Positions 1 through 14,615 of a stretch of 64,000 bases of DNA are shown here, piece after piece. Source of the DNA: Octopus vulgaris (taxonomy: Eukaryota); NCBI GenBank assembly GCA_951406725.2, contig OX597822.1, positions 92,318,001 through 92,382,000 of the forward strand. The letters are read 5' to 3'. How positions within the stretch are numbered: the stretch's first letter is position 1; each line of letters begins with the position of its first letter. The notes below the pieces were generated by a model. The model was not told the DNA's origin, ran no database searches, and worked only from the letters and a program-made list of their open reading frames with translations. The translations under genes were made by a program, and so were the position numbers.

Positions 1-683
1 ACCCTTGAACATGATGCCCCATAATAGCCCTAGTCCAATATGTGAAATCAGTAAAAGAATAAAAGAATGTATTTGTATAAGGTGCAGGTATGGTTGTGTG
101 GTGTTCAGTTTGCAGCTACATGGTTTCAGGTTCATTCCCACTGTGCTGTACCTTGGGCAAATGCTGTCTACTATCACTCTGGGTTGATCAATCTGTTGTA
201 AATCTGGTAGACAGAAACTGTTTTATGCTTGTCTTGAATGTGTCTGCATGCTTACTTACATGCATACATACATGCATGCATGCATGCATGTGAAATATAA
301 AGAAAATACAATAATTCTTTACTTGAGAAACCGGTAAGGATTGGTACCCAAAAGAGCATCCAGGTGGAAAAGCCTGTTTCAGAATCAATTTCGATCCAAT
401 CTAGCCTGGGAAAAGAAATGGACATGAACAAATTTTGATTTGTCACAGAGTCCTTGTTATTCTGAACTCTTTTTCTCATGGTCCATACTGTTGTGCTAAC
501 AATACTATGTACTAGCACAGCCTTGTTATCCAACTATAATTACTTTACTCTTCTTAGTTTATTCACTTCTCTCTTAGTCATGCATCAACAGCATAAAAAC
601 ATTTTATTAATACTATTGTAATTTTATGTTCTGTTCATCTCATCTTTCAAGATGAGACTTTTTAAAAATATTTTTATCTAATC

Positions 684-2180
684 CTTTGATAGAGTACCCT
701 GATGTGTGATATGGTAGGGTCTGAGGAAGCTAGGGGTAGACAAGGGGCTTCTGAAAGCTGTACAGGCCATGTACAGAGTCTGTGCCAGTAAAATAAGAGT
801 TAACCATGCGTACAGTGATGAATCTGGTGTAAAGTTAGGCATTCATCAGGTCTCAGTTCTTAGTCCCCTCTTTTTGTTCATTGTCTATGAGACCATAACA
901 GAGGAACTCCAAACTGGCTGCTCCTGGGAACTGCTATATACTGATGACCTTGTTCTCAATGCAGATTATGTATCAGAACTGGAAAAGAAATTTGAGGTGG
1001 GGTAGTAAAACCTGGAATCGAAGGGTATTAAGGTTAACTTAGCAAAAGCTAATGTTTTAGTAAGCAAGAAAACAGACAGGACCCTACTTCCTTCAGGTAA
1101 ATGGCCCTGCTCAGTATGTAGGAAAGGTGCAGGCAGGAATTTCATGAGATGTGTACCCAGTGCAAGCTATGGACACTTAAAAAGTACAGTGAAATAATAC
1201 GAAGGTTATCAGAGAAAGTAGTTTTTGTATGTGAAGCCTTAAAAAAACTACAGATACTCAGAAAATTGATTCTTTCAAATACCCCAGAGGCTCTTTAGAG
1301 GTACTGGATGATTTCTGCTACATAGGGGACCTAATTAGTAGTGGAGGAGGATTTACAGTAAGTGTAATTGCTAGAATAAGAATAGGATGAAGAAAATTCA
1401 GAGAGCTTTTACCTCTCTTGGCAACCAAAAGGTGTCTCTCTGCAAGTGAAAGGAAGATTGTATGATGCATGTATACAAACAACAACACTACACTTTAGTG
1501 AGATATGGACCCTGAATGCAGAGGACATGCAAATATGAAGCTAGTTTGCTCTGCTGGATGTGTAATGTATGTGTACAAGTGCAACAGAGTGCTAGTCTAT
1601 TGAAGGAAAAGTTAGGCTTTTGAGGAATTAGATGTAGTGTTCAAGAGGGAAGACTACGTTGGTTTGGTCTTGTGAAGCATATGGATGTATACAGCTTCAT
1701 AAAGAAGTTCTGATCACCTAAAGTGGATAGAACTAGTGGAAAAGGGAGACCCAAAAAGACATGGGATGAAGTATTGAAGACTGATCTTAAAATGCTGAGC
1801 CATATAAAAGAGATGACAAAGAACTGAGATATCTGGCGCATTGCTATACTCAGGAAGATCCATTCACCACAGTAAAATTGTTAATGCTTCCCCCTTCACA
1901 CACATACACACTCAGCTGAAGGGGGTTTTGCTTTGTAAGTGCCTGCGTGCCAGTCCACATAAAAAGCACCTGTACTGTTCCACATAAAAGTGCCTGTACT
2001 GGCCCACATAGAAAGCACACTTTAAAGTGATTAGCATTAGGAAGGGCATCCAGTCATAGAAACCAAGCTAAATCAGACTACTGGAACCTGGTGCAGCTTT
2101 CCAGCTTCCCTGCTCTGGTAAAACCATCTATGCTAGCATAGAAAACAAATATGTTAAATACTGGTGATGATGATAATGAT
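684..2180 (+). mobile_element. Decayed RTE-clade LINE (RT C-terminal part and 3' tail)
   Basis: FDRVP-like start, GIHQVSVLSPLFLFIV, WELLYTDDLVL (YADD motif) and a GRPKKTW-like end. Multiple stops and a (gat)n tail near 2165-2180. Confidence 0.85.
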
Positions 2181-4135
2181 CTATCTACATGACATTTCAA
2201 CTATTTTATCTCTAATAATCATCAGTGATTAGTGTTTATAGGACTAAATTGGATTTGAACTAGGGACTTGTATTTCTAAACTAATGGTAGTAAGTTTGCT
2301 GTGCCACTGACAATGTACTGTAAAAATTGGTTCATCTCTAAAGGTTGTTAATAATGTGAAAAATCATAAACTCATCTCAGATATTTAATCAACATTTTAC
2401 TAATTTTACCTAACCATTGTTAATTGATGCTTAATGTTCAAAATTTGTTCAAACAATTTATTTTCAAAATACATTAAATTGTTCCAACTAGTCTAATGTT
2501 CCTGTTACTGTCACAAATGATGCAGTGACTTATTGTGTAATGCATCTTGAAAAAATAGATGATACGGCCCAAATGTATTCCATTTACGTGGCTCTGAGAT
2601 TCACTCTTCATTTCCTTCCTGCAGAATGATGACTAACAAAATAGGAATTGGTTTTGGATTCTAGCCAGGATTTGTTTTTGGAATTTATTTGTAATAATCA
2701 CCAAAATGTAATAACCAAAATAAGAGAAATAACTAATAAATAAATTTTTTAAGAACTACAGCTATAAATATATTGCAGATGTTTCTTGATATAATAATTA
2801 TTGGTTAATGAGTTCTCTCTGTGTATTAGGTGGGGCCTTTCAAAACTAGTTTACATGGAAGAGATAAAATAGAAAAGAAGACAAGTTAGTAAAACCACCA
2901 TCAGCTCATAGTTTCATGAATTTCCACTGCAAGTATTTCAGTGTGTCTGCTAAGCAAGGCATTTAATCTGAGTGCTTTAGTTCACCTAATTAATGTAAAG
3001 TATAAGGAACAGCTATTCTCCTTGTTTTCCTTCTTTGGAAAACTTCCTACAACCAATATATATCCTCTCCAAAGCAAGGCTGGTTTCTCACTGATCTGAC
3101 TTCTCTCTGTGTTAGGGTTCATCTAAGCAGGGCTAAAAACACAGCCTCTAAAGAACAATTAAAGTGATTTTTCTCACCAATTTGATGTCATGATCAATTT
3201 TATATTTGAAGATTTTTGGTTGATAATTTAAATATATTTTAAACCTCCAAATCAAAATCTGGATTTTTTATTTATTCTATTTGATTAAGTTCAAAACTAA
3301 TTAAAGCACTTAAGGCTTATCTTTATGGCATGTATGTGATGTGCGAAAGGAAAATATCCTAGTGGATAAGGGGCACCAGTCAGGTCATAAGATGTAAACT
3401 CATGCTGTTATTTAGTCCCTGTTCGCAGACCAATTATCATAGGTATTTCATTCATGATCATCCAAACATTTTGTATTTCTAGGACTTACACTGGCCTGTA
3501 TGCTTTTCTTTTTATGAAACATAGGGAGATCTGGCTGCTTTTTCTAGCAGGTTGAACAGTACTTAGCAATTTCCTTCACCGTGTACTTATCTACTCTAGA
3601 TGTTTTGTTGTGTCTTATGAACATTCTGTATTCTAAATGTCACAATTCAACTAATCCTTAGAGTAGGTACCAAACCATTTGGGAAGGTTATATAAGTAGG
3701 TGTACTAAGTGAATGTGGAGCTTAACATCATTATGCATGTATGAGTGTGGGCAGACATGGTAGAGTGCTTAAGAAGTTTGCTTCTAGGTCATGAGATGCC
3801 AGATTGGATCCTGCCATGTGGAATCATGGACAGGTGTCTTTTACCATAGCCTCGAGTTGACATTGGCCTTGCAAGTGAAACTAGACTAGTGGAAATTCTT
3901 TAGAAGCCCATCAGATGGACTCTACATGTAATTGAAAGGGGCTACTATTGTCTCACTTTTAACTTTTTAAGTTAACTTTTCTTAAGGTTTACATTCAATG
4001 TTACAAACATCTGTGGAATACTCTGTCACATGAGCTATAATTCTATGAGTAAGAAGTTCTTTTGATTGAATACTCATCATCAAACTTAAACAAAAAAAAT
4101 TACTAAATCTATTTTATTTTTACTTTGTATATATA

Positions 4136-4865
4136 CCAGGTTGAATCAAAAACTTTAATTGATATTTCAAGCTTTAATTGATGGTCCAAACAAATTACTT
4201 ATGAAAAGCATTTATTCATCAAAATACATCCTGTCATATTCTATTGTCTGTTGCCATTGTTGTGCCAGAAGCTCAATTCCATGCTTGTTCCCAAAAGCTC
4301 CTTGCACCTGTTTTCAATCTTATCCGCATTGTTGAATCTCCATCCATGAAAAAGGTGTTAATCTGATGGTGTGAGACTGAGCTTATGGAGATGTCAGTTG
4401 ATGGTGCTTTGTGAAGGACCAAGTTCTGCTGACAATGTATGAGTGCTTGTGCTTGGCTGCTGTTCATCCATTTCAAACAAGGCCTCATTTTTCACAGCAG
4501 AAGGTTTCTCTGACCTTAGTTTGTTTTCAAAACTGATGTCACCTTCCCATCTTCCTCGAAGCATCTTTGTCACACATTCATTAACAGTTCCTGGACTTTC
4601 CACTTCATTAATTTCTTTTATTGCTGCCTTTGTACTCAGTCCTTTTTTCCACAGGTAGCATAAAATGGCACTAATTGCAATTTTTTCACCACTTATTATC
4701 AGAGCTGTAAAATAAGGAATAAACAATTAATGTTTATATGTTATATATGAAAATAAGGAATAAACAATTCGGCAATGATTGGACTATTTGTATCAAACTA
4801 ATGATATAACACGGAGATACATGTTGCTAAAACGCATCAGTGAAAAAGACACACTTTTGACCTGG
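4136..4865 (-). mobile_element. Internally deleted mariner-type DNA transposon
   Basis: ORF 4394-4726 resembles a mariner N-terminal HTH (YLWKKGLSTKAAIKEINEV...EGDISFENKLRSEKPS). Short degenerate inverted ends (ccaggttgaatcaaaa / ttttgacctgg). Confidence 0.7.
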
Positions 4866-5199
4866 TGTGTCTTTGTGCCTGGATGGTTATAAATGAACAT
4901 CATTGCCATACAAGTGAGATTGTCCATTTTTAGTCTTCCGTGATTCCTTGAAAACATGTTTGGCTATGGAGAAGTACATCCAATTGTAGAAAATCTCCAA
5001 CAAGCATGGAAAAGTGGGCAGTAAATAATTTTTACACATACACGCTTATATATATATATATGTGTGTGTGTATAAGTGTGGTGTTCTGAAAGTTCTTTAT
5101 ATATTTATTTTTTGTTATATTTTTATATTTGTATTTTTATGTTTATATTTTGAATTTATTTCCATAATTTGATTTTTTTGAAAATTGTTTAATCTATTT

Positions 5200-5230
<31 letters not shown>

Positions 5231-5366
5231 ATTTAATCCATGTTTCTCTGAATTTATTTGAATTCACAAAACATTTTTTTTACTCTAATGTTCCAAATAC
5301 TCCAATTTTACAAAATGAATAACACATTAAAATACCTCCAGACTCAGATTACCGTTTTGTTTTCAG

Positions 5367-5756
5367 ATTCAGTGACAGAGACAGAAGAAGTAGGTGCTTC
5401 GTCGTCGTCGTCAGGTGATTGTGAGCTAGCAGTGGCTAATCTCAGTATCTCCACCAGCAGATGTGGGGACACCGTTGTCACTACAGATAGCCATTCCTCT
5501 TCAGACCTAGCTATAAGCCCCCAGGTGGTGCAGACTTCACCTTTGCCTACCACTTCTTCTTCTTCATATTCCCAAACCACTGAGAGCATGGCTGCTGTAT
5601 CAACGGTGACTGTGCACAGTTTCCATGGTGTTCAGTCATCAAATTATGGTACTCAAGATGTGATTACTGGTCTGCCTTCATTCCCCACAGACAATAATAA
5701 TGCTGTTGCCCTTAATACAGATATTATTTCTTCTTCCAACAATCCCATACCAGTTG
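5367..5756 (+). CDS. PHACTR: PHACTR coding exon (Ser/Thr-rich low-complexity region), phase 1 to 1
   Basis: Acceptor ttttgttttcAG at 5365-5366 and donor GTaagt at 5757. Open frame DSVTETEEVGASSSS...NNPIPV. Phase matches the exon at 15324. Assigned by splice-phase continuity, not by a recognisable domain. Confidence 0.7.
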
Positions 5757-8700
5757 GTAAGTTCTAAAAATACACATAGCTCTATCACTCTCCTTCCCCT
5801 TCTCTTGCTTTTTATAATTTTTTTTTTTTTAAGATATCAAAATTTACTAATTAGTACACCAGAGCATATAGTGAGGTTGTTATGTCTCTTGCCATGGAAT
5901 AAACAACTTAACGTTAAGTAATATGTCAACCAGTTTTCAATCTATTTCTCACTATTAATCTTTACAGTTTTTTTTTTTTTTGCTTGTTTGCTTTTTCTTT
6001 TTCATTTTCTTAGTAAGTAAATAACTTTGAGAACCTTCCATTTCATTACTTTAGAGTACCTACCAAGGGATTTTGCTATTTAAAATGAGGCACACAGCAC
6101 TAATGGAAAGAACAACTGGTCAAAAAAATTCACGAGACTCTAAATTTATTGAAATATTTGATACAAACCAGCTTACAAAAAGAATTACTCCTAACATGTT
6201 GAAAAATAAGCATTTTGATAGCATTTTACCTGACCTTTCACTATTAATTTTTAGTATTTTTATTTGATAATTAGTGCAATATAGTTATTGGTCTCTCTCT
6301 CTCTCACACACACACACGCACACACTCACAGTGATTTTGCAAACTGAGATATGAAGTCAAATATTTCTCATAAGTTCTAAAGTTTGAATAGTAAATCAAT
6401 GTCTTGTGTTGCCTTAAAAGATGAATCTTTAACATGACCTGCTACACCATCTTTAATTGGTATGTAGTTGTTCTTCACCTTCTCTTGAATTTACCATTTA
6501 ATAAATAGGAATGGTAAAGGTGCATAAACTTCATCTTGCCAAACTGTGCCTTGAAGTCTTTAATTATATTCCTTTACATTCTTGGTCCAAACATTTTTTT
6601 CTCATCAGTAATATAAATACCAGTCAAATATTGAGTTGCCATTTTGTACTGGTCAGTGTTAGCTTTACTTCTCATTCTTCAGAAATTGATAAAGTATCAG
6701 TAATAATACATATGTCTATTATACACCCTCTACTACAGATGTCTAGTGTTATCTCAGTGTAAAACATTAACATCTAATTTTTACAATCCTTGTAGCCTCT
6801 TTGATTCTTTGTGTCTATATTTATCATTTTCAATACATCAGCTTAAAGTATTTAGTATACTTAGTGTTAATAGACTATCCATCTAACTCTGAAAAACAAA
6901 ACTATTCATTATTGGAAAATTATGAGCTTCTGAAATGAAGTGGCACTCCTGTAATGAGACAAGTAGATAATTGTATAATGTGTAGCTTATTCTACTGCGC
7001 TTCAGCTTTTAGTATCTGATCATTTTATTTTAATATATCACTTAGCATGGGTTGGCAGAAATGCAGCTCATCATCATCATACTAGACATCTTGATTTTGA
7101 TCTAAGCTCAGTGGTTGTGAGAAGTAGATAGGCCTTGATAAGAAAACCTACTTGGTATAAATGAAAATACTCAATGGATTCAGTCAATCTGACCTTATTT
7201 CTATCACCATCCTAATTGGTTTAAACCATTGTTCTAAACACATATCTTGTTAACCAGGCTACATTATTTGGTTTCTTTAACTCTTAAAATGCATAATAGA
7301 ATCATGTGTTCTTAGCTAGAAATGCATCAGAAATGCAGACACTAGTACAAAATCTAATGGTTCTCTTCACCCTAATATTCTCCTGTCCAAGCTTTCTGCT
7401 AACTTGAAATCTTTGTCATTTCCCTTCTGTTCATCAATTACTAGGCATAAAATCTTTGCCACAGACTAATTTATTATGCTAACAACTAGTTAGAAAACCA
7501 TTCATTAATAAAATTACAATTACAATTTAATTAATTATATCTGCTTACAAGATCTAAAATATTCAGGTGTTCTGAATATTTTAAATTATTTATTAAAAAA
7601 TATTTTAAAATTATATTTTGAGCAAGACAGCTAAAGAAGTTTAGAACAAAGATATTCTACAAAAATAAATTATTACATACTAGTAATAATTTTTCTTCGA
7701 ATGCCTCATTATTATATTAATATCGTCTAAAGAAAATTTTGTAAGAGTAACAATTTAAAAGTGGTATATATTTGTTGCTGTTAACAGTCAATTAACTAAA
7801 TGGATAAATTTTGGGCTTTTGCCTATAGCCACGGATTTATATCCTCTCTTTAGCACTCGCAAAATAATGAATGCCTTTATCAACAAGCAGAGTAGTTATG
7901 AACCAAGTAAGAACAATGTAATAATGGAACACTGATATGTTTTGTTTCTGTTCTTGAATTGAGGCATAAAATTGAAGGATTCCTACCTACTGTAAACAAG
8001 GTGACAATACTATCGCAACATACTTTTGACAGTCTGACTATGGCTTCATTGAAAACAGATTGAGCAAGTTTTAGATAGCTGTAAACTGGATTGCTTCAAA
8101 ATAATGCATGCCTTACTAACAAATTTTGACAAGCATACTAATATACAAAAGATAAACACTAATATATTGTGAAATCAATGTTTTTGTCTACTTCCTTGAT
8201 TTTATAGCATGGCTGACTGATTTTTTTTTAATCTGTATAATATATATATAATATAAATTTAATTTAGTGTTAATAAATTCAGGTGTAAAAAATTTCTACA
8301 GAATATTTCAGAAATGTTTTTAATATGTTAAAAAGTAGTCCATTTCTTCAATGTAAATTTGAATGCCTCAAATTGTACAGAAATTTTATAAAAAGAAATA
8401 TTTATATAAAAACTCTTTTGTCAATCTATTCACTAACTTAGAGAATGTAAGACAAGTAAATAAAATGAGTGATATGGAGCAGGCTATTACACAAGTTTCC
8501 TCTTTCTCAAATATCCAGTAAAAACTTTTAATGGTCTTTCCTTCAGTTGAGAATATATAGAGACCATTTCTATTCCTAAAAATCCAATGGCAATTTTTTA
8601 AGAACACAAAATCAACAGTTTGCAAGAATTTATTCAATATTCCATGGCTTTCAGACTACAAAATCACCACCTCACTATACTGGAATAGTCTATTACACTG

Positions 8701-10002
8701 CCATACAATGTTGACAACCTCTATTCACACAGTGAAGAGTTTCTTTATTCATAGAATCCTTCACTCTACTCTGCGGGGATTTCCCTTTTATCTAAACTTC
8801 TTTTATCTTTCATTTTCTTCTACTCAATTCCTTTCTAATCTCTTTTTCCTATTCTTTTCACATATTTGTCTCCAAACTTCTCCTATGCCATCTTTTCCTT
8901 GCTACTGTCATTACATCAGAGTTGAGGCTCCTTTACCGTTCTCTTTCTCTCTCTCCCCCATCTCTTCTTTGATATATTACTTCCAACATATTGGTACTTT
9001 CAATTGCCAGATAATACTGTACTCATTAAAACCTGCAGTAATTGTCCCTATCTTATCATTTTGGCTATATCTCTAACATGGAATAATAATATCTTCTTCA
9101 CTGGCCCTGGCATTCAACATTCTTTGTACCAATTGTTCTTCAATTTAAATTCAAACTCAATAAGCTTGGTCTGCTATGTCTTCACCTAATAGCTTCAGGC
9201 TTGTTCTTCTTCCCTGTTTCACTTGGCACTTACAAATGCTTTTCTCTTATTTCTTTTCCTCTCCCTTTCTCCTACTCTCTCTCTTTCTCTCTTATCATAA
9301 CTTTCTATTAAAATACCTTAACTAAATATTTATGTACTGTTTGCTAAATATCTAAATATATTTCATATTTCTCTTTAATTTTAGTAGTGCTTTCACCAAA
9401 TATATCAGTTTATCTGAAGCTGTTCAACAAATATTCCTTGTAAACCATGCTTTTATTTTAGCCAAGCTGTATTATTTTCTAATAGATGGCTCTACATGTA
9501 ACCCTCCCACAAAAAAAAAAAAAAAATGAGCAGATTTGTTTTAAAAATATGTCTACAAATATAAATTGATTTATCTTTTCAAATCCCCTTTCCACTCAGA
9601 TTTGCAATGTTGATGTTTTCCACTACAGCTTTATCTATGTCTGTTAACTGATTGCAAATTAATAAATTTTACACTAATATTCATTTAATTGAACAGTCAT
9701 CTGACAATTTGCAGTTTGTTCCCTTCTGTTTCCTTTTCCCAATGGCATTCAGCTGAATCATGAATTATTCATGTAAATTGGATTTCTTTTCAGACTTGTA
9801 TTATTCCTGCTTTTTATTTTTTTTTTTTTTTTTTTTTTTGGTAATTGAATTCTGCATGTCTGCGATATCCGGCTTCCCAATATTTCTGGTTTCTAATCTT
9901 CTCAACACTTCAACTCCTTGGTGTGGTGCCTCTGAAATACTTGTAGTTTTACTCACTCATAAGATATCAAATGTCCGTTTTAATAATAATACATTGTAAG
10001 AG

Positions 10003-10155
10003 TCTGGAACATTATTTACTCCCCATGGATGGACAATAACCACCCCCAAGGACAATTACCCCTGTGGACAACAGATGATGATTTAAGACTTCTTAATATA
10101 TTGAAGAGTGGGTAATTGTCCTAGGCGGTAGTTGTCATCAGGAGGAATTGTCCTA
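10003..10155. mobile_element. Small palindromic MITE-like element with ggacaattacccc subrepeats
   Basis: Left ggacaataaccacccc and ggacaattacccc are mirrored by right gggtaattgtcc, gtagttgtc and ggaattgtcctatgggg. Confidence 0.5.
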
Positions 10156-10424
10156 TGGGGTGTAATTCAAAAGGTACAGCTTTGTCATACACTGTGTCAC
10201 ATTGCTTCTGCTTGAGAATTATGCTAATAGGCCATCTATTTGTAGAATATTCAGCTACTTGCAGGTTAACTCAAAGAGCAGACAATTCAGTTGATTGAAC
10301 AACTGAGTCCTCTTTGTCAGATGATGGAAATATGCATATATATATATATTAAATATTTCCATTGATGGAAACTGAAAAAAAGCTTGTGTGTATTTATATA
10401 TGTATATGTGTGTGTGTGTATGAT

Positions 10425-10725
10425 AGACTCTCCTGTTGTCCTGTCAAAGCTAATGTATGAGCATTCAGCTTTTTCCAAATGACCTGCTCAAATGATTTGT
10501 TTACAGTGATCAAATATTCATACCACACATTAGCTCACTCTCTCCATCAAATTGACATTGTCTGAACAGGTGCACAGTGTCCCATATGTCAGGTGTCGAA
10601 GTGATCACGGAGCAATGTGAGATGAAGTGTTTTGCTCAAGAACACAATGCACCACCCAGTTGAGGAATTGAAATCACAATCACTAGATTGTGAGTGCAAC
10701 ACCCTAATCACTAAATCATGCACTC
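10425..10725 (-). mobile_element. tRNA-derived SINE
   Basis: Near copy at 16990-17275. The reverse complement has a tRNA-like head followed by the tgtgttcttgagcaa...cactt core also seen at 58089. Confidence 0.75.
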
Positions 10726-10729
10726 TCAC

Positions 10730-10770
<41 letters not shown>

Positions 10771-10829
10771 CAAGCACATGCACACATATCTATCTATCTA
10801 TCCATCCATCCATATACAAACATTTAGAT

Positions 10830-11000
10830 CAATAATAATTGGAGCGCATGGTTTTGTAAGTAAATGCCTAACTGTCAGTCTGGATAAGCTTGGATTTTCA
10901 GGAAAAGAAATCAGCCAACTGATTTGCACATTACAAATACAATCTGTAAGTGGAACAATAAAACTGTGCAAGACTTTTCTCAGGTTTAGAATGTGGCGTT
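10830..11000 (+). mobile_element. 3' end fragment of a restriction-like-endonuclease LINE
   Basis: IIIGAHGFVSKCL...LQIQSVSGTIKLCKTFLRF resembles the C-terminus of R2/R4-group ORFs. Confidence 0.45.
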
Positions 11001-11173
11001 GTTTTCACTATCTACATTTCAAAGATGAAGCTTTGCACCTTTGTTAGAAACTAGCTCCTTCTTCAGAGGAAAAATTTAAAATTAAAAACAGAAGAGACAC
11101 ACATATATATACATATATATAGAAATATATATATGAGTATATATATTCGCACACACACATATATATATATTTA

Positions 11174-11224
<51 letters not shown>

Positions 11225-11360
11225 TCGCATACACACTCACGCACATACATACAAGCAAACAATTCACTGTTTCAAATTAGGCATAGCAATATTGATAACT
11301 TGTTAGATTTCAATACACATATGCTTCAGAATAAAGTATTGGTTGGGTACAGAGCATAAC

Positions 11361-11634
11361 ATGAAATTAAATGACAAAGAAACAGGAAATTATGTAATCA
11401 ACTTCATTAACTTGCAACTGTTTCTGTTATAAGATGCAGTGCACTTACACTTGAGTGCTTGTGCATCACCTTATAGCTTCCTTGGAGCTTCAAAAATGAA
11501 GTGCAAGGAAGGATGTTATAAGGTGATGTACAGGCAGTCAGCTCTGAGTGTACTGCATCTTATGGCAGAAATGCTGTTGGTTAATGAAGTTCAGTGCATA
11601 ATTTCCTATTCCTCTTTCATTTGTTTAATTTCAT
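11361..11634 (+). ncRNA. Long intronic RNA hairpin (putative miRNA/hpRNA precursor or ADAR substrate)
   Basis: 11421-11477 pairs with 11515-11571, giving 46 Watson-Crick pairs, 8 G-U pairs, 3 mismatches and no A-C. There is an upper stem and an AAAA loop near 11493-11496, and outer stems extend to 11361/11634. Confidence 0.6.
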
Positions 11635-12448
11635 ATGTACATATATTTGTGTGTGTGTTTGTGTTTCTCTTCAGATTAAAAATATATATATTAAAATACA
11701 ATATTGTTTTTTTTTTTTGTTGTATTTTGTTTAGCCTTATCTAAATAGTTTTTCTATCTGATAGTATTGGTATATCTTTGTTCACGTACACTAATCAAGT
11801 AGTTGATTTCCAGTTTTCCAAGTATATTTACATTTTTGTTTATCTTTAAATCTGTCTATGTGACCATCCCACTGGAGTGCCTGTCCACAAATAGACACTC
11901 CTTCTTTGTTACATTTAATTTACAGGTAAATATTCCTTCAAAAGACATATTTTGCGAAGACTTTTTCTCCTTTTTCATTTTCCTTTTCTTTTTTCTATGT
12001 TAAAATAGCCAAATAATATCTATCTTGTATATTTTATTTTATTTTAAAAGTTGCTATATTTGCTCTGCTATAATAGTTTTCTTAAGAACTCACAAAAAGG
12101 AAAAAAATTGGGTTTCTACCATTTTGTCATGTCTTTTTCTTTTTTTCTTTTCTTTTTTTCTTTTCTCATAAATACACACATGCATACACTTTATTTTTTT
12201 TTCTCTTCTAAATGCACAGACACACTTTATTCACACTAATTGCTTCATTCTAACATATATCTCTTGCTTTTCTTTTTAACAATTTTCTTTTGTCACTAAT
12301 AATATATATTTTTTAATTGTTTGTATTTATTTAATAAATAATAATTTATACATTTGACCATCTGTTATTGTTTACATGCTAGCAACATTAGAATTTTGTA
12401 GATGTTGAAAAACAAATTATTATTTTATCCCTTCATTTTTCAATTGTC

Positions 12449-12500
<52 letters not shown>

Positions 12501-13286
12501 CACACATGTTGGTAAGTAAAAAAAAAAAAAGCACCTATTTTTAATTTTTTACTTTAATCATGTCTTATAGTAGTAGTAGCCGAGTTGGAGATTTAGTGTC
12601 TGTAGTTCTTGTAGATCTGTCTGGAAGAGCATTACAGTCAGTCTGAAGAGAATTGTGAAGGCCAATAGCATTTTTATATTCTCATAAACTGGACAGAGGG
12701 ATGACTGACTGAAGTAATAATTGTAGTTTAGCCCTAGGCTCATATTTTATTGAGTAGACCTGTGATCACAGGACTATCTTATTCACTGTGTCTTAACTAT
12801 TTTTCAGGCAGTAAGTAAGAATAGATTGGAGGAGGTTAACTGTTATTCTCAATAGTTCAAGCAACTAAGCAGAAGCATAGTGGCTTCTTTGATTTAAAGT
12901 GGGACAATTAGTATTTGATTTGTGTTGCTGCGGATTGTAAGAAGAAATGTAGACAGAAAAGAAGTGCCTGATAGATACATATCAGTAGGAAGAACATTAA
13001 TTAGAAATTAGTATTTAACAGGCTGGATCTGGAATGGAGAAAGATTGGCAGGTGATAAATGGAAAGAGTGAATGTTTAAACAAAGGAAGTAACTTTGTCT
13101 CTCTTAGGACAATGGTGTTGCATTGAGAAATCAGGTGCTTCTTGAACTGAATGATGGTTGTGGGTTATAACTGAGCTTCCCTTTAAAAATCTGGTACTTT
13201 ATCAGTCTCTTTTGCTGAACTACTAAGTTACAGGGATGTAAACAGACCAGCTGTCAAGCAGTGGTGGGACACACACACACATACAT

Positions 13287-13332
13287 GAAACTCTGAGTAA
13301 CAGCTTTTATATTTCTGCTGGTTTTAAATAAA

Positions 13333-13366
<34 letters not shown>

Positions 13367-13391
13367 CTGCTGGTTTTAAATAAAGTATATA

Positions 13392-13428
<37 letters not shown>

Positions 13429-13475
13429 TTTATTTAAAACCAGCGGAAATATAAAAGCTATTACTCAGAGTTTCA
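13287..13475. repeat. Inverted pair of the gaaactctgagtaacag...aaataaag element around a (TA)n tract
   Basis: 13287-13333 and 13427-13475 are reverse complements. Same family as 63106-63310. Confidence 0.75.
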
Positions 13476-13499
13476 CGTTCACACTCACACAGAAGAATA

Positions 13500-13941
13500 A
13501 AACACATACACATATACACTTGCAATAAGATTTTAGTATCCGTAAGCAACACTTTCACACACATATACACATATGTGAACACGGACATGCACACACCCAC
13601 ACACACCACCCCGAAATTACAAATCACATTCACACAAACACACACGCATTTATGCACACCTGTACACACACACAATGTGCCCGCACCCCAGTAATAAAAT
13701 AACACACACACACACACACACACATTCAAAAGAAAAAAACACACATACACGCACATTACAACCACAACAAACATTCACAAACATACATACACACAAGCAT
13801 GCACACACACAATGACACACACCTCCCCGACAAATACAAGACACATAAACACACCCACACAAACACTCCTACACGTATACACACACATTGCACTAACAAT
13901 ACAAACAAAACAAATCACTCACAAATGCAACACAGACTTGT

Positions 13942-13980
<39 letters not shown>

Positions 13981-14460
13981 CTACAGAACTACATAAACCA
14001 TGCCCACATATATACACACACACAAACATACTCAATACCAACACACACAAAACACATATACACACACACGCCACCCAGATAAACCTGACACACAGAACCC
14101 CTGATAAATACAACACACACATACACATCCACACACACCCACACACATACACATGCCCCCTCACACACATACGGTTGCTCACACATACACTCACATATAA
14201 CATCCCCACCAACACAAAAAACAAACAAACATACACACACGCACATACAGACGCACATATACACACATGCGCACACACAGCACCATGACAAATACCAATC
14301 ACACACCATGACAAATACATGCGAACAAACACATACACGCACTAGCGCACACACAACACACTAACAAACATTAACCACACACACACACACACACACACAA
14401 ACGTGCACACATATATACACACACCATCCTACCAAATATAAAACACACAGAGACACATTT
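13500..14460. repeat. Degenerate (CA)n-rich low-complexity tract
   Basis: About 1 kb of interrupted acacac repeats. It is the source of spurious THTH/VCVC ORFs. Confidence 0.9.
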
Positions 14461-14561
14461 ACTTTTGTGCCCAATATTTTAATGAACTTGTTAAACTTTT
14501 TTATATTTTCCCAAGATTTTCACTTGTAAACTGTTCTTAACATGTTCTTATTATCAAAGAA

Positions 14562-14615
<54 letters not shown>

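Noticed and set aside
13430-14354. Multiple overlapping ORFs rich in THTH or VCVC
   Set aside because: Degenerate (CA)n low-complexity DNA.
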